Shown: positions 38,712-52,166 of the stretch, piece after piece
Layout: each line of letters begins with the position of its first letter
Numbering within the stretch: position 1 is the stretch's first letter
NCBI GenBank assembly: GCA_002104905.1
Contig: MCFE01000267.1
Coordinates: 1-64,000 of the forward strand
DNA length: 64,000 nucleotides
Source of the DNA: Basidiobolus meristosporus CBS 931.73
Lineage: Eukaryota > Fungi > Basidiobolomycota
Direction: 5' to 3'
Notes under the pieces: generated by a model
Database searches by the model: none
The model's input: the letters and a program-made list of their open reading frames with translations, nothing else
Told to the model about the DNA's origin: nothing
Translations under genes and position numbers: made by a program

Positions 38712-40300
38712 GCCCTTTGCCCATGACATCAGCAGGAGCCCAGAGCTCTAGGCCATTTTATGCTCACTGGTTGCCATCTACCCTGGTCTTCAGCTGGCAG
38801 TAAAAGGTAAAGAACCTCATCTGCCGGTCTTTGCAGTAAATCCTTATGCTGTGAAACTGTGACTTTTGAGATATGCTCTTAATGAAGTGCTGTAACCTCC
38901 TTGTGTGCCTAGTAGTGTTTCAGAATACTACTGTAGAAATCATGATAGTCATCTAATTTCTTGAGATTATTGCTCTGCCTGTCAGCTGAATCTCCACTTT
39001 GTCAGCTATGAAAGACATGCATCAGACAAGTTGCACTTCTCTACAAAATCATCCACCTCACTCAAATATGGATCAACAAAGTGTGCTTCTAGCAATTGTG
39101 AAAGCAGCTGTCACCATGTTGGTAATTCATCCTGGCTATTATAGGATATTATTTGTAATAGGCTCACTGCATTAACGGGTTAGTACAGCAACTTCCTCTC
39201 AGACTACTCTGTCTCAAGCTTTGATATGCAAAATATTATATGTGATTGTTATGGCAATTTACTGATTTTTCTGCCAAATACAGCTAAACACTTCACAGTG
39301 CTTGACAGTTTTTTTTCAAGAGTTGTATGGTATTCTAACAGTCTTAATATGCTCAACAATTACTTGAGTGGAGCTAACCAGCTAATACCTCTAACTGCCT
39401 TTTATGGCAAGAAGCTTTACTGTGCTCCAATAGCTGCATTGCAGACCTCTGCTGGCACTATAATTGCAGTTCAGCAGTTTACAGCTAGTTCTGTACAGTA
39501 CCACTATATCAATTTACAAATTGGTATTGCCTTTCTCCACAGCCCCTTGCACTATTCATATATTCCACTGTATAATCACCCCTCCTTATTTGAATATCCA
39601 CTATTACCTTGGGTATTTCATACTTAGTTTAGTTCAAAAAATCTGGCCTCCTGCTTACAAACCTATGCAAATGTGCAAACCTGCTGCAGTTGACAAATTT
39701 CTATCACCCCATCTTTATGGCCCTCCAGTATGTTACTTGCAAAGTTGCCATACACCTTGTATTGCATGTAAAATTTGCATCTTGCAAACATATGCATGGT
39801 TGCCACCACTTTTGCCATGTATACCTCCTGAATATCTGCAAAGAGCTTTTTGGTAACTTGCCAATATATTACTTCTCCCTGCTGGATTGTAGTTCCCCAT
39901 ATAGAAGCACTCTGGATCTTATTTGTGTAATTTCTGTATTTAGTGGTATTGAAGCCTACTTGTAACTAGGAGAAACTAGGCATACTTTGGCAAAGTTGTC
40001 CAAATAAGAATTAGTTGCTTGTTGTGTTCAATGAAGCCTAGCATAACTTAACTGATTACCTGCACATTAGGGCTGCCTAACTTTTTAATGCCTAAGGTAT
40101 AGGTGTCTCCATGTGCACATCTGTCCTTTGTACTTTCTCACTCTTCCTGGCTGCTCTTCATATGCCAACTCATCACATCCATGAGAGAGCTCAAGGTAAT
40201 ATTCTAGATGAGATTGGGATATAGTGGTACATGCAACTGGACTTGAGATGCTTAGATGTTTTCAGTGACTATTATGGAAAAGTCTATCCTACTGTCATTT
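38712..40300. mobile_element. Scrambled CACTA/EnSpm-like fragments (ORF2 end, then transposase C-terminus in the opposite orientation)
   Basis: 38780-39050 resembles 60280-60570; 39380-40290 resembles 42770-43720 in the same strand sense. Confidence 0.7.
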
Positions 40301-42263
40301 AAATATCTAGACAAGTATAGAATATTGGCGCTCCACCATTACTGAAGAAAATTGAGTAGTTTTAGCAATTAAGAATCCAGATCATATTAATTCCCATTCT
40401 GAGCTACCAATTGATGGAGTAAGAGGTTGGAAGCAAGCTCCCTCAATTGTCAGGAACCTACTGATATATAATACATGCATATCCACCTGGAGTACGGATA
40501 TCTACTACTAAGTCCATTGAAAGAAAGTTATAGTTGCATCAAGTGTTCTGATACTAAAGCCAATGTATCAGGAGATGAATTTGGAGCTGTCAGACATGCT
40601 ATCACTCTGTTTAAGTCTCAAGACCATGGGAGAAAGTATTGTACAAATCTGGCAAAATCAACTTGAGGATATTCTACCACCCACCAAAAATAGTGAAGCA
40701 AATGATTGCAAGCCCAATTGGAGTATACAACCTAGCAACAGTTGGTTGCATACAGCTAACAGCCTCACAGAAAATACTATGGTACCTTATATGTGCTAAG
40801 TATATATTACTTATTACAGTGGGGGAAAACATCTGGTTATGCTGGATTCTCTAAATCAGATCAGAGAAATTGCAATTGCACAAGTCACTGACAAGCTCTG
40901 CAACTCTTATTACTGATATGCTAAGGCCTAATACTAAATCACTGATGCAACTGGCTTTCAAATGCAGTTTGCTTGACCATATTTGGTTAACTCTATGAAA
41001 GTATATGATTGATCCAAGTCAATGCTAATTTTGGTTACACCATTCTCAAAATAGTCAAGTAATATGGACCAATGATGCCATGAGATCTTCTGTGCCCAAA
41101 CATAAGAAGACCCACTAATAGGTAGGTCAAAAACCATTGTCCAAAAGGAATTTCCCCTGGATCATCAGCAGCAAGAGAAAAAGAAGAAAATATTTGAAAA
41201 ACAACTAGCACAAATTAGGGTACTTCCCAAATAGAGCCAAAACTTATATAGGCTATCTTTGAGCTATCTGGCAATGTAATTATGTTTTATGGAGCCTCTT
41301 GCACAAAGCTCTCAACTCAGAAGTCCCAACAGTGCCTTGAAAGGTCAACAAGATTTGTCAGGCATTGTAGTATACTGTGGACAATTCTTTAATGAGGAAG
41401 TCTTGATGTTTTCTGTTGGGGATTTGGAAGAAAAAGGTTCCAACATTAACTAGATATTTCTTATGGATTCTGAAGGCACTGAGAAGCTTAGTCAGCATTC
41501 TGAACCAAGCTCAAGACAAAAATAACTATCACGAGAATAAGGATACTCAAAGCCCTTGCTAAGGAGATACCAGGTCACATGACTTAGTCACATGATCAGT
41601 TGACCCAATCCATTTCCCCATCCTGTCTTGGTACCTTGCCTTCTATATTATCATCCCCAGCACTGCTGCTGTGCATCACCCCACAACCCCATTAGTATTA
41701 GCTAATATTTCTTGGCATCAGTATAGCCAAAAAGTATATATAGTCTTATCCCCCCATAAGTATTCCTCAGTCTGATAAACATAGGTCTTGTATAAACAGC
41801 CTTGCCTTGAATCCTGCCTTGCCTTGATGGTCCACACCTAAGTCCTTTCCTGCCATGCCTAGCTTTTCCTCCTGCCTTGTGTATATTCATAACAGTATGC
41901 ATGAAATGTAAGAGAAATGGTTGAGTCAGGAAGTAAGGAGCGTCAAAGAGAGGCAATAACCAAACAATGCCAACAAACCTAGGAGGTAATAGAGTGACCA
42001 GGATCAGAGAGTGAGAAAACTGGCTGAGAACTAATCAAGAGCCACTTTTATATCATTGTGATGAAAGATTTTGACCAAGTTTTTTGTGAAATCTGAGGTG
42101 GAATTATTTTTTGACAGGCCTTGTACTGTGTTCCAATAGGATCAATACCACTTAGTCACTGGACTTTAAATTTGTGGCAGCCTTTTGATGGGATCATCAC
42201 AATAACTTTTCATATTGCTTAAAGTAAAGGGGCTTCTTACAGTGGTCTTTAGAGTAGACATAC

Positions 42264-42480
42264 ACTAGACTTGTTCCATCATTCCAGCTGATCATAATGC
42301 CCAATAGTGCCATAGCATGCCAGACAGTGCCTGATCATGCCACAGAGTGCCAGATGGTGCCATATAGTGCCAATTTGGGATCAAAATTGACATGCATATG
42401 ACCCTAAAATATCAAATTAATAACAAAATATACAGCACTCTCTGGCACTATGATCAATGGCACAATGGAACAAGTCTACT
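42264..42480. mobile_element. MITE with ~37-bp terminal inverted repeats and internal GTGCC/ATGCC repeats
   Basis: Left actagacttgttccatcattccagctgatcataatgcc vs reverse complement of right end agtagacttgttccattgtgccattgatcatagtgcc; seven ~10-bp spaced (a/g)tgcc units inside. Confidence 0.75.
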
Positions 42481-42649
42481 AATTACCCTATGAAAAATAA
42501 TTTGGTCCTGTGGGTGGATCCAATCCAGATAAGCTATCAGGATACCATTAACAGACTGTCATAACACCAGCAGCTTGGAATTAGTGACTCTCTTAACAAT
42601 CTTGTGACAGGATCATGATAGTATTTTGCTAGTTTTATTACCCAACAAA

Positions 42650-45600
42650 GTGATAAAACTTGACAAGATTTGATTGGTGCTGTGACAATAATTGCACAGT
42701 ATTGTTGCAGTCTTATTGCATGCTACATCTATTTTTAATGGATCCAACTGGCCTGAACATCTAATTGTCTTATATGGCAAGAAACTTTACAGTATTTCAA
42801 TGACCTTACAGCAAGACTCTGATGGCATTATATTGGCAGTATGGTGGCCTACAGCTGGTTCTGTATAATGCTACCATAACAATTCACAAAATGGTATTTC
42901 CTTTTTCTACCTCCCCTTGTGCAATTTTATATTCCATTATAGAATCACCCCTCAGCATTTGCTTAACCACTACTTCCTGAGGTACTCCACATATAGTTTG
43001 AATCCAAAAAATCTATGGCCTCCTGCTTACTCACCTCTAAAGCACAAACTTCTGCTGCAATTAACATACTTCTATCACCTCAGCATTACTGCTTTTTGGT
43101 GTAATGCTTGCAAAGTTGCCATTTACCTTGTACTGCTGGTAACATATACATCTTGCAAACATATGCTTGGTTGTTGCCACTTCTGCCATGAATACCTGCT
43201 GAATATCTGCAAAGAACTTCTTGGTATTTGGCCAATATATTCCTTCATCCTGCAGGATTCTAGTCCCCCTTATAGGTGTGCTCTGGCTCTGGTCTTTGTG
43301 AATGCCATATTGTATGATGTAGAAGTTGGCTTGTGACCAAGAGAAATCTGGCATACCTTGGTAGAGTTTTCTTAACAAAAATAGTTGCTTGTTGCACCCA
43401 ACCCAACTTTGCATTACTTAACTGATTACCCACACATTGGGGATGCTGAGCATCTTGATGCCATAGGCATAGGTGTCTACATGTGCACATTTGTCCTCAG
43501 TATTTTCCAACTCTTCCTGGCTGTCCTCCATGTGCCAACTAATCACATCCATGATGGACTTGAAGGTAATATTCTTGATGAGATTGGGATATGGTAGCAC
43601 CTGCAACTTGACTTGTCTTCCTATCTCCCCACACATCTGCTCCATAGGAAGCTCCCAAAAGGTGAAGCAAGGCCCAATATTCTCCACACACCATGCAAGA
43701 TGGAGTACAGAATGGATACAGTAGTGGCAGAGATCTACGCATTCAGCTTTATGCTTGTAGTGTAGCTGCTTGAATCCCATCACAAACTCCTTGCACAACA
43801 GCTGTAGATGTGTCAAGTTGGCATTGGTGATCTGCTTCTGGATAAATATTCCCACAATGTCAACAAATATCACCCATTGTTTCCAATGTAATCTTGGTAG
43901 AAGTGGCTTCAGATAGACACCTGAATCAATACATACCCATTCACTAAATTATTACATTTGTGTTGTGGCATAAGTGTAGGTAGATTGATTGGAGCCTGTG
44001 AGAGGTACTTCAGGTAGCAGATACTCTGTCATATCTTGTCAATTGCCCAATGAAAAAAAAAGTGGTGATCCCTTCAAATGGCTGTCACAAAATTAAAGTT
44101 CCATGACTAAGAGGTATTGATTCTGTCAGGACACCATGCAAAAGCTGTTGAGAAATAACTGCACCCCAGATTTCTTCTTAATGCCATAGGCATAGGTGTC
44201 TCCATATGCACATTTGTCCTCAGTAATTTTCAACTCTTCCTGGCTGTCCTCCATATGCCAACTTATCAAATCCATGATGGACCTGAAGGTAATATTCTTG
44301 ATGAGATTGGGATTGGGTAGTACCTGCAACATGACTTGTCTTCCTATCTCCCTACATATCCGCACCATAGGAAACTCCCAAAAGGTGAAGCAAGGCCCAA
44401 TATTCTCCACACACCATGTAAGATGGAGTACAGAATGGATACAGTAGAGGCAAAGATCTACATGTTCAGCTTTATGCTTGTAGTATAGCAGCTCAGATCC
44501 TGTTACTAACTCCTTGCACAACAGTGGTAGATGTACCAAGTTGGCATTGGTGATCTGTGTCTGGATAAATATTCCTACAATGTCCACATATGACTCCCAG
44601 TGCTTCCAACATACTCTTGGTAGGAATGGCTTCAGAACACCACTTTAACAAACATATATCCAGTTCATCCAGTCTTTGCATTTGTATTGTTGCATAAGCA
44701 TATTGGTATTGATTCAAGCCCATGAGAAGTACTTAGGGTAGCAGATACTCTGTAATATCTTGCCAATTCTTTCAAATTTCTCTGGTATCTCAAATGGCTC
44801 ATTTAGCTTGAAATGCCCCATGTACAACTTGGTTGTCAGTATAAGGATATTGTTGAAAAGCAAATGCACTGCTCTCTGTGGAAAGCTTTTGCTCCAACAA
44901 GTACCCTCTATCTTAAGTAGCTCTGGCTTCCAGTTGACTCCATATTCCAGCCAATGGCTTATAGCTTGCCAACTTTGCTGCAATTGCATGCTGACTTCTG
45001 TACATTCTCTCTGCGGAAAGTTGGTATTCTAAGTACTGGTGTTTGGGCAATAATAATGTGTGTGAGTTATAGAGTAAATACCCTGGATCTTACAAATTCA
45101 ATAGCAATACTGTCCATTGCGCCCAGAAAAACCTGCTGTCTTGCTAATGGCTGGGGTATCTCCAATGCAGATGATAATATGCGCATTTAAATGACAGCCA
45201 TTTACTGCTATCCTGCTGGTAAGTATACAAATTTCATCCAGCAATGGCTACAGGTAGCTATCCAGGTTGGACAGTTATTTAGGCCCAGATATCAGTGAGA
45301 CTAGCATCAGGTTACTGCTCTGATACTGTAAGATGGGTGGCAGATTTAGATTGATGAGAATCAGTGGCCAGTAGGATTTGGTGGTAGAGTGCTTGTTTAA
45401 TGAGAATCCATCAAGTGCTAAGGCAAAGGCATGGTCATACACACCTTCAAAGTAGCCCTTGCTTCTTGGCCGCTTGTAATGTTAGCCATCAAATAAATCA
45501 GATATGTTTGAGCTTGATTGATACTGAGTGCAGTACTGTATGGATTGCCAATATTTGTTGGACTGCATCAGCTTCCTCAGACAGTGTTTTACTGGAATAC

Positions 45601-46436
45601 ATCTGGAGTGTGAACAATGTTTTCCGTCAATGGTGGTGGATTCCTGACAATTTGGACATGTTGCAATGGTAGCATTTTTGGATGTAAATGCCAGGCAATT
45701 GTTGACACATGCTGGAATCAGGACTGTCTCTTGATCATATGTTGCCAGCCGCATGATAGTTGTCCACTTGTACCATGTACATGGTAAGTTGCATCCCAGA
45801 ATGATTTTGCCAAGAAGAAGCAATAAATATTCATAGCCCCTATTACTATATTAGTGGAAATGCATCACTTCTCTAGCCACAACATTACATCATTCACTAG
45901 TAAATGGAATACTGGGCTCACTTGGCTCCATAAATATCCTTGGGATTTGTTTCAACAGGTGTTGTCTCATTGCATATTGAGATTTGACCAGGCTCATACA
46001 TGGTACTGTTGTTAGGGGAGATAAGCTCACAATCCATCAGTGAACCTTTGTTGTCAGAGCTATCACTCTGCATGCCATATTCAGAAGGCTGAGGTGAGCA
46101 TAAAGGTATCACAAACTCACCTGACTCAGTTTGCATAAGGTGACAAAGACAACCAGGTGCCAATACAGAAGTATTAACCAGCCGGCAAGATAATGTTGGT
46201 ACAGAAGTTACCAATTAATAATTAAATATGACTTGTGTGGCAAAGCACTAGCCATGATCATTGTAATGCTTCCTATGTTGTCTGCATGCTTCATGGCTGA
46301 TAGGCTTGCTACAATAGCCACATGGTCTTTTTTCTCTTCTCTTACAATGTTTAGTCAAAGTAGTCTTGTCAATGGGGAAAGCAGTTTGACCTTCAACAAT
46401 GTAATCATATTATATCACTTTTTGGTCAATACTCAT
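42650..46436 (-). pseudogene. CACTA/EnSpm (CMC, Transposase_21/tnp2-type) transposase pseudogene, copy A, with internal ~720-bp tandem duplication
   Basis: Homologous to 62286-63760; fragments CGYC-type N-terminus, LATYDQETVLIPACVNNC, HLLFNNI, CIHSVLHLAWCVENIGPCFTFWELPMEQMCGEIGRQVK (the H-LLH...GP...W.FPMER signature); many stops. Confidence 0.88.
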
Positions 46437-46595
46437 GTGAGTTTGAGATAGTCTTGTTTTTGAGACATTGCACTTAGATGAATGTAAGATCCAATGATGA
46501 CCTGCCATAGTAAGCATTATGAATAAAGTTGTGGCACCATATACACATGTATATATAATATTATTTCCCCATTGATTTGACTCACTTCCATACAT

Positions 46596-48400
46596 ATGCT
46601 ACCAAAAAATAAAGCACAGTTGTCTGGTCCCCAACCACACTGTACCACTGATGGCAACAGGAGAACAGTTGGACAACAGCTTACTTTGACATTCAGTGCA
46701 ACAAGGGGGGCTACATCTAAAAAAGGTCATGTTAACAGTGTGCCCACCAAAGGTACTAATGCAGACTCCTCAGGCTCTCAGTCAAGTAGGCAATTGAGAA
46801 CCTATATGGAGCCACAAGCTGATCATTATGCTAAGGCTGATGAGAATGTAGCAAATGCAGTACCCTCAGTCAAAGACCAGCAAGTGGCTATCATAACATC
46901 ACCACCACACATATTAGCAAGTATATTGTCAGCTCATACCAAAGCATTAATGAAGTAATTTGGTGCTGTGGCTCATAGGATAGATGGAATGGCCAAGAGA
47001 GATCAGGAAATAGTCCAGAAACAGGATGACCAGACCCTATGAAAAAAAATTGATAAAAGGTCAGCAAAATACCATCATAGTATCAGCTAAGCTTCAGGTT
47101 TCTCAAAATTGACAACTCTCAAAATCACAGTTCTGAGCTGATGGGCAGGCAACTAAACAAGTTGTCCAGGAGGAGACTAGGCAAGCTAGCATCCATACCA
47201 AATTTAGTAATTAGCTGCCCATTACTTTTATCAGAGATTGCATTTGAAATTTTGAACACAAAACACCAGCTGAATACCTGCAAAATATCATCAGAATAAC
47301 AGCAGAATAACAGTTAAAAATTCAATGAATTCCAAGTTTGAAATTTTTCTTAGGGGGATAATATGTGTAGAGCAATCAATATCCCAGGTAGAGAAAGCAT
47401 TATCTTTGCTGCAAAGAAGGAACTCAAGTAGCTCAATGTCACAACCAAGAATTGAGTCATTTCCCCATGTAAATGCAGAAGAACACTGTAGAGTCTATGA
47501 AGCGCAAAAACAGTGCCCAACAATAAAGCCCACACAATAACTTATCACAGCATGGGAGGGAGACAATGAGATGTTGATACCAAAGCCTAAATATGAAAAG
47601 ACATTGAAGATTTGCAAAGTTGTTGAGTGCAATAATGAAGAGTGGGCTAATGTTCAAGAGGCTGTCAAAAGTCTAGCACACCATCATATCAAGGCCAGCA
47701 TACCATGGGACCATCAGGAACTTAAGGCCAAGCAGAATGCACTTGACTTGTTCCATGAGCATTATCCTGGACTCAAATGGGCAAACAGATTTTGGGCCTG
47801 CATTGGTATGCTAAGAGAGTATCTTGAGAATAGCACAAACTAACAAAGCCACAAGAACAAGGGTGCCATGGCTAAAAACCAGTTACTTCCTCAAAAGCCC
47901 ATTACAAGCAGGGCCAAAAGCTCCAGACAGGCATCAAAGAGAAGTGAGGTAGCTGGAAGAGTGCCAATTATGGACAAGCAGGCAGACAAAGATGCACCAG
48001 CACAACATATATCAAGGAAAAAGCATATTACCACTCTGGAAGAACTCAGTAAAGGTAGCAGTGAAGGACTTTGCAATGATAAAAACCAGCAGCATTTACA
48101 GGAGCCTGCAACAACTATGGTTGAGAGCTTGAAACAAGCAGAAAAGAAATGTCAAGTTGCAGGAAGAGTGCCAGCAAGGGACAAGTAGGACAGAACAGAT
48201 GTGTCAGAGCAGAATTTATCAAGGAGCAAGTGTATTTCATTGCAAGAAGCACTCAGACCAAGTAGCAATGAAAGACCTAGCAGTGATAAAGGAAGAGGCA
48301 AGGGATAAATGTCTACCCAAGCCTGGGACAGGGAGGCATGCAAAAAAACTGCAGTTCTAGCCAATTAATGCAGCAAGGTGTTAACATGGTTTGGGCTGAC
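46596..48400 (+). pseudogene. Accessory ORF2 of CACTA-like copy A, divergent from the transposase
   Basis: MLPKNKAQLSGPQP... is the homolog of the 61150-62127 ORF; 159-bp spacer to transposase ATG; interrupted by a MITE and stops; 3' end approximate. Confidence 0.8.
47035..47356. mobile_element. MITE inserted in ORF2, CCCTA...TAGGG termini
   Basis: Absent from the homologous position in copy B (gagcaga-aaatatgtgtagag); ends ccctatgaaaaaaaatt / aatttttcttagggg are inverted repeats; tentative 2-bp TSD GA. Confidence 0.8.
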
Positions 48401-49889
48401 ATGTGCTGGCATGCTGAGGTTGCAAGGGATGGTGGCAAATCCAGCAAGGTGTGCTGGCGCAATCTGGACGCTGTTGCTTGCAGTCTGTATTCTTTCTCCA
48501 AAAGCCCACCATCTGATTCCTTAAGGTATTAACTTACTCTCCGTCTGATAATTTGGAACTGTGACCTGGATGAATCCTGTGTATGTTGCTCTTGGAAGCC
48601 ACTTAGTTCTACTCATATATATCACATAGTATATTAGTCATTTAAGGCAAAAACTCATTCAAAATCTCTTTGGTTCCAAAAGTTGAGGCACAAACAGATG
48701 TGTCCAGCCTGTACTGAGCAAATAGTGCATAGAATTACTCCCATGCAGCTTCTTCATCAAATCCCCTCATTCTTAGCTCATTTTTGACTTCAATTCTTGT
48801 CTTGGTAATATCTTCTTGCATTCATCCACTGGCATCTTGATGTAGAACTCATGACACAGCTTTCTAGTCAGGTTCATCTATCTCTATTGACTCTTTGAGG
48901 TACCTAGTTTGGCTAGATTAGTGAGTAGTGCCCAGATATCTGTATGAAGGTGCATCATAGACACTTAGGTCACACCAAATCATTTGGCAAGAACTTGAAT
49001 GGATTCAACTTGAACTTCTTTGGTCCAGACCGTGCTTGTGATCTGCAAGATGGGTTTTTTCCAGGTTGTACTAAAGATGAGTTGAGACTTGGCATAGTGA
49101 CCAGAGTGACAGATTTGGAAACTTATAGAGTAATATACTGGCATTAACCTGCTCTTATATAAAATACATATGATAACTAATGGGATAATTGATTTTCCAT
49201 ATATTATGCATGATGCATCTTGAATTGCATAGACATGGATTGCATCACATCAATTGCAGATTTCCTGTTTAATTATAGACCTGCAACTAAAGCATCAATA
49301 AAAATACCAAGTCAATGTCTGAGGATGATATTTGCAACATAATAATGGGATACCTGGCAATTGATGGAGATTTATTCATAATGCATGGAAAATCAGATAA
49401 ATGAAGCGGATTATGCCAAATTGATCCAAATCACCTCAGCCCAATCACCTATCATTTTGAAAAGAACTTACTCATCTGTATGGTCTTCTCTCATCAATCC
49501 CATCACTACCATTGGATCTCCTTTTGACACACTAGAGGAGATCTATACCAAGTACTATGAACTATCTATCCCAATCTACATAAGGAGATCCCATGTTAAA
49601 TTTTTCTGCTACTGCAAGAGCTATTGCCATACAAGGTTCATCCAACTATCCATGGTAACAAAAGTCTGGGAAGCATTCATTCCCAGCTGACAGAAATGGA
49701 GAACCACCTTGCAGAGGGTATGAATGACTTGGACCAAGCTTGGAGTACCAGGTTCAGAAGCTCCAATAGACTTCCATATTGTGGAGTGTTCAGCAACAGG
49801 TTCCATATAAGGAGTACTTGGAATACCTTCCCAGTCAGAAATAACAGACCTTCTAGAGAGCAGAGGCACTTTTATTCTGCAAAGTACAA

Positions 49890-50420
49890 TGTTACAAGTC
49901 TTGGTAGAAGAGTTGCAGAGGAATAGGAAGTTTAACTAGAATTGTACCCACTAAAAACTGAACTGATTTATATTGAGGTTCTAGCTGCTCCTTGTATACA
50001 TTTTGCTAGATCAATTGCTGACTAATTATATCTCCCTTGATAGGTTGTGGCTGATGACTCATTTGATTGCATCATCATCACCCAATTAGATCCTACTTAA
50101 TATAACTATTTCTGTCTGATAAGGATCTGCTGATTCATCTGCTGACTAATACTACTGATTTGATAGGTAACACCAATATACTGATAGGCCAAACATATAA
50201 CTAATTGATTTGACTAAAAGCTGATCTAACTTAAATATTAAAAGCAGTAGATCACAATATTCTTCCCTACCAAAGTTGAGAGGGTTCTGCTGAATCTCTT
50301 TTCTTGCAATACCAACATCTTGATGGTTCAGTGTTGTCAGCATGTCTTGCAAGCTTGAGTCTCTCTATGAACTAAATCTTCCTGGATATTCCCTAGTTTG
50401 TCCACTAAGTCTCAAGTTTA
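49890..50420 (-). mobile_element. 3' end (internal tail + PPT + 3' LTR 49890-50259) of a second copy of the gypsy family, inverted
   Basis: Reverse complement matches 59860-60250 (IQEDLVHR.RLKLAR region, PPT AGGGAAGAA, LTR). Confidence 0.88.
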
Positions 50421-50580
50421 ATTTTCCATTAGGGCCTGATATTCCTCAGTCATTGCAGATCTCCAATACTTTGTCTGAGGGCTATTTAGGGCCTCTTTTA
50501 TAGTCAGAGGTTCCTTGATATGGATTGAATAGGTAAAGGCCAAGTTAGTACCCTCATTGATATAGTTACTTGGGCTATTT
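50421..50580 (-). mobile_element. Fragment of a copia-1-family element (IN-RT linker)
   Basis: Near-identical to 31451-31600 (gggcctgatattcctcagtcattgcagatctcc...tctgagggctatttagggcctctttta). Confidence 0.88.
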
Positions 50581-52166
50581 TGTTATGATCTGCTGCTTGG
50601 ATGTTTAAGTTGGATCAGTTTTTAGTCAAATCAATTAGTCATATGTTTAGGTTATCAGCATATCAGTATTATCCATTAAATCAGTAGCATTAGTCAGCAA
50701 ATGAATCAGCAGATCCTTATCAGACAGAAATAGATATATTAGGTAGGATCTTATTGTGTGATGATGATGCAATCAAATGAGTTATCAGCCACAGCTTACA
50801 TTAGGTAGTACAATTAATCAGCAATTGATCTGGCAAAATGTATTTAAGGAGCTGCTGGAATTTCAATAAAGAGCAGCTCAAGTTTTAGTGAATACAATAC
50901 CAGCTAAACTCCCTATTCCTCTACAACTCTTATACCAAGACTTGCAACATTAATAGCAGCATTAACCAGAAACATCCCTCTTGAATAAAGAAGAAGCCTC
51001 CCTCAAGATGTCCAAAAATCAAGAATGGAAGAATGCTATGCACCAAATCCTAACCCAACAGCAACAAGGAATGACCACCATGGCCCAAAGCCAGCAAAAC
51101 CCAGTCAAGAGCAACTTTAGTGTGAAGGTCAACCAGCAACATGGTAGAGTCAATGAAAACCTGGGAACATGGCACTTCCAGATTGAAGAAGCTTTCAAGG
51201 CTAAGGCAATTGATCCAGAAAGCAAGTTACAATATGCAGCTTCTTACCTGGCAGACACAGCTTTACAGTAGTACTGCAACATGATCAGGTCTTCCACCAT
51301 GATGGGATGCTCTACAATCTCTACTTGGGATGAGTTTGTGTCAGAAATTCAGGATGCCATTGAGCCCCCACATCAACAGACATTACTAAGAAGAAAGTTG
51401 AAGACACTCAAATAGAAAGCAATGGTCCAAGAGTACATCTATGAATATAAATGTCTACTTGGGCAAATTGAAAGAATGGACCCCCTGGATCAAGTTGAAA
51501 ACTTTATTGATGGGTTGAAAGTAAGAACTTGTAAGGAAGTGAATTATTAAAGACCTCAGACTATTTGAGAAGCCATCATGATTGCCATTGACTATGACTC
51601 AGCTATGTTTGGAGTTGGGAAGCCCACAATGACTAATCAGAGAGGCTACAATCACTGTGAAAGAAGACAATCAGAAGCAGTGCCAATGGAAATAGATGCT
51701 ATGTAGAAGAATCCTACCTCAGAAGAATGTAAGAAGAAAGGACTTTGCTTCAATTGTCACCAGCAGGGACATATTGCAAAGGACTGCCCTCAAAGAAGAA
51801 ATGGACACCAGCCATCAAGAACCTTTAACCATATTGAGGCCATGGAGCATAGTAACATGGAGGATGAACTTGAAGAAGACTTGTAACTCACCTTCTATAT
51901 GACAGAAGAATACCTATCCCAGATGACCTCAAACTCAAAAAAGCTAGTATACTTGAATGGAGTAATCAATGGAGTACCTGCCAAGATCATGATTAACTCA
52001 GGAGCATTGCATAAGTACATGCCCAAGCAACTTGCTTTGAAAGCTGGATTCAACTTGGAACCCACCAAATCAACTTCAGTCTCAACAATTGATGGGAACT
52101 CTCACATAATCAACCATATTGCTCAGCCAGTATGGATGAAGATTAATGACTATGAAAAAGATCTAC

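Noticed and set aside
40300-41550. LINE reverse-transcriptase remnant
   Set aside because: Weak resemblance only; no YADD/FADD or other ordered RT motifs recoverable.
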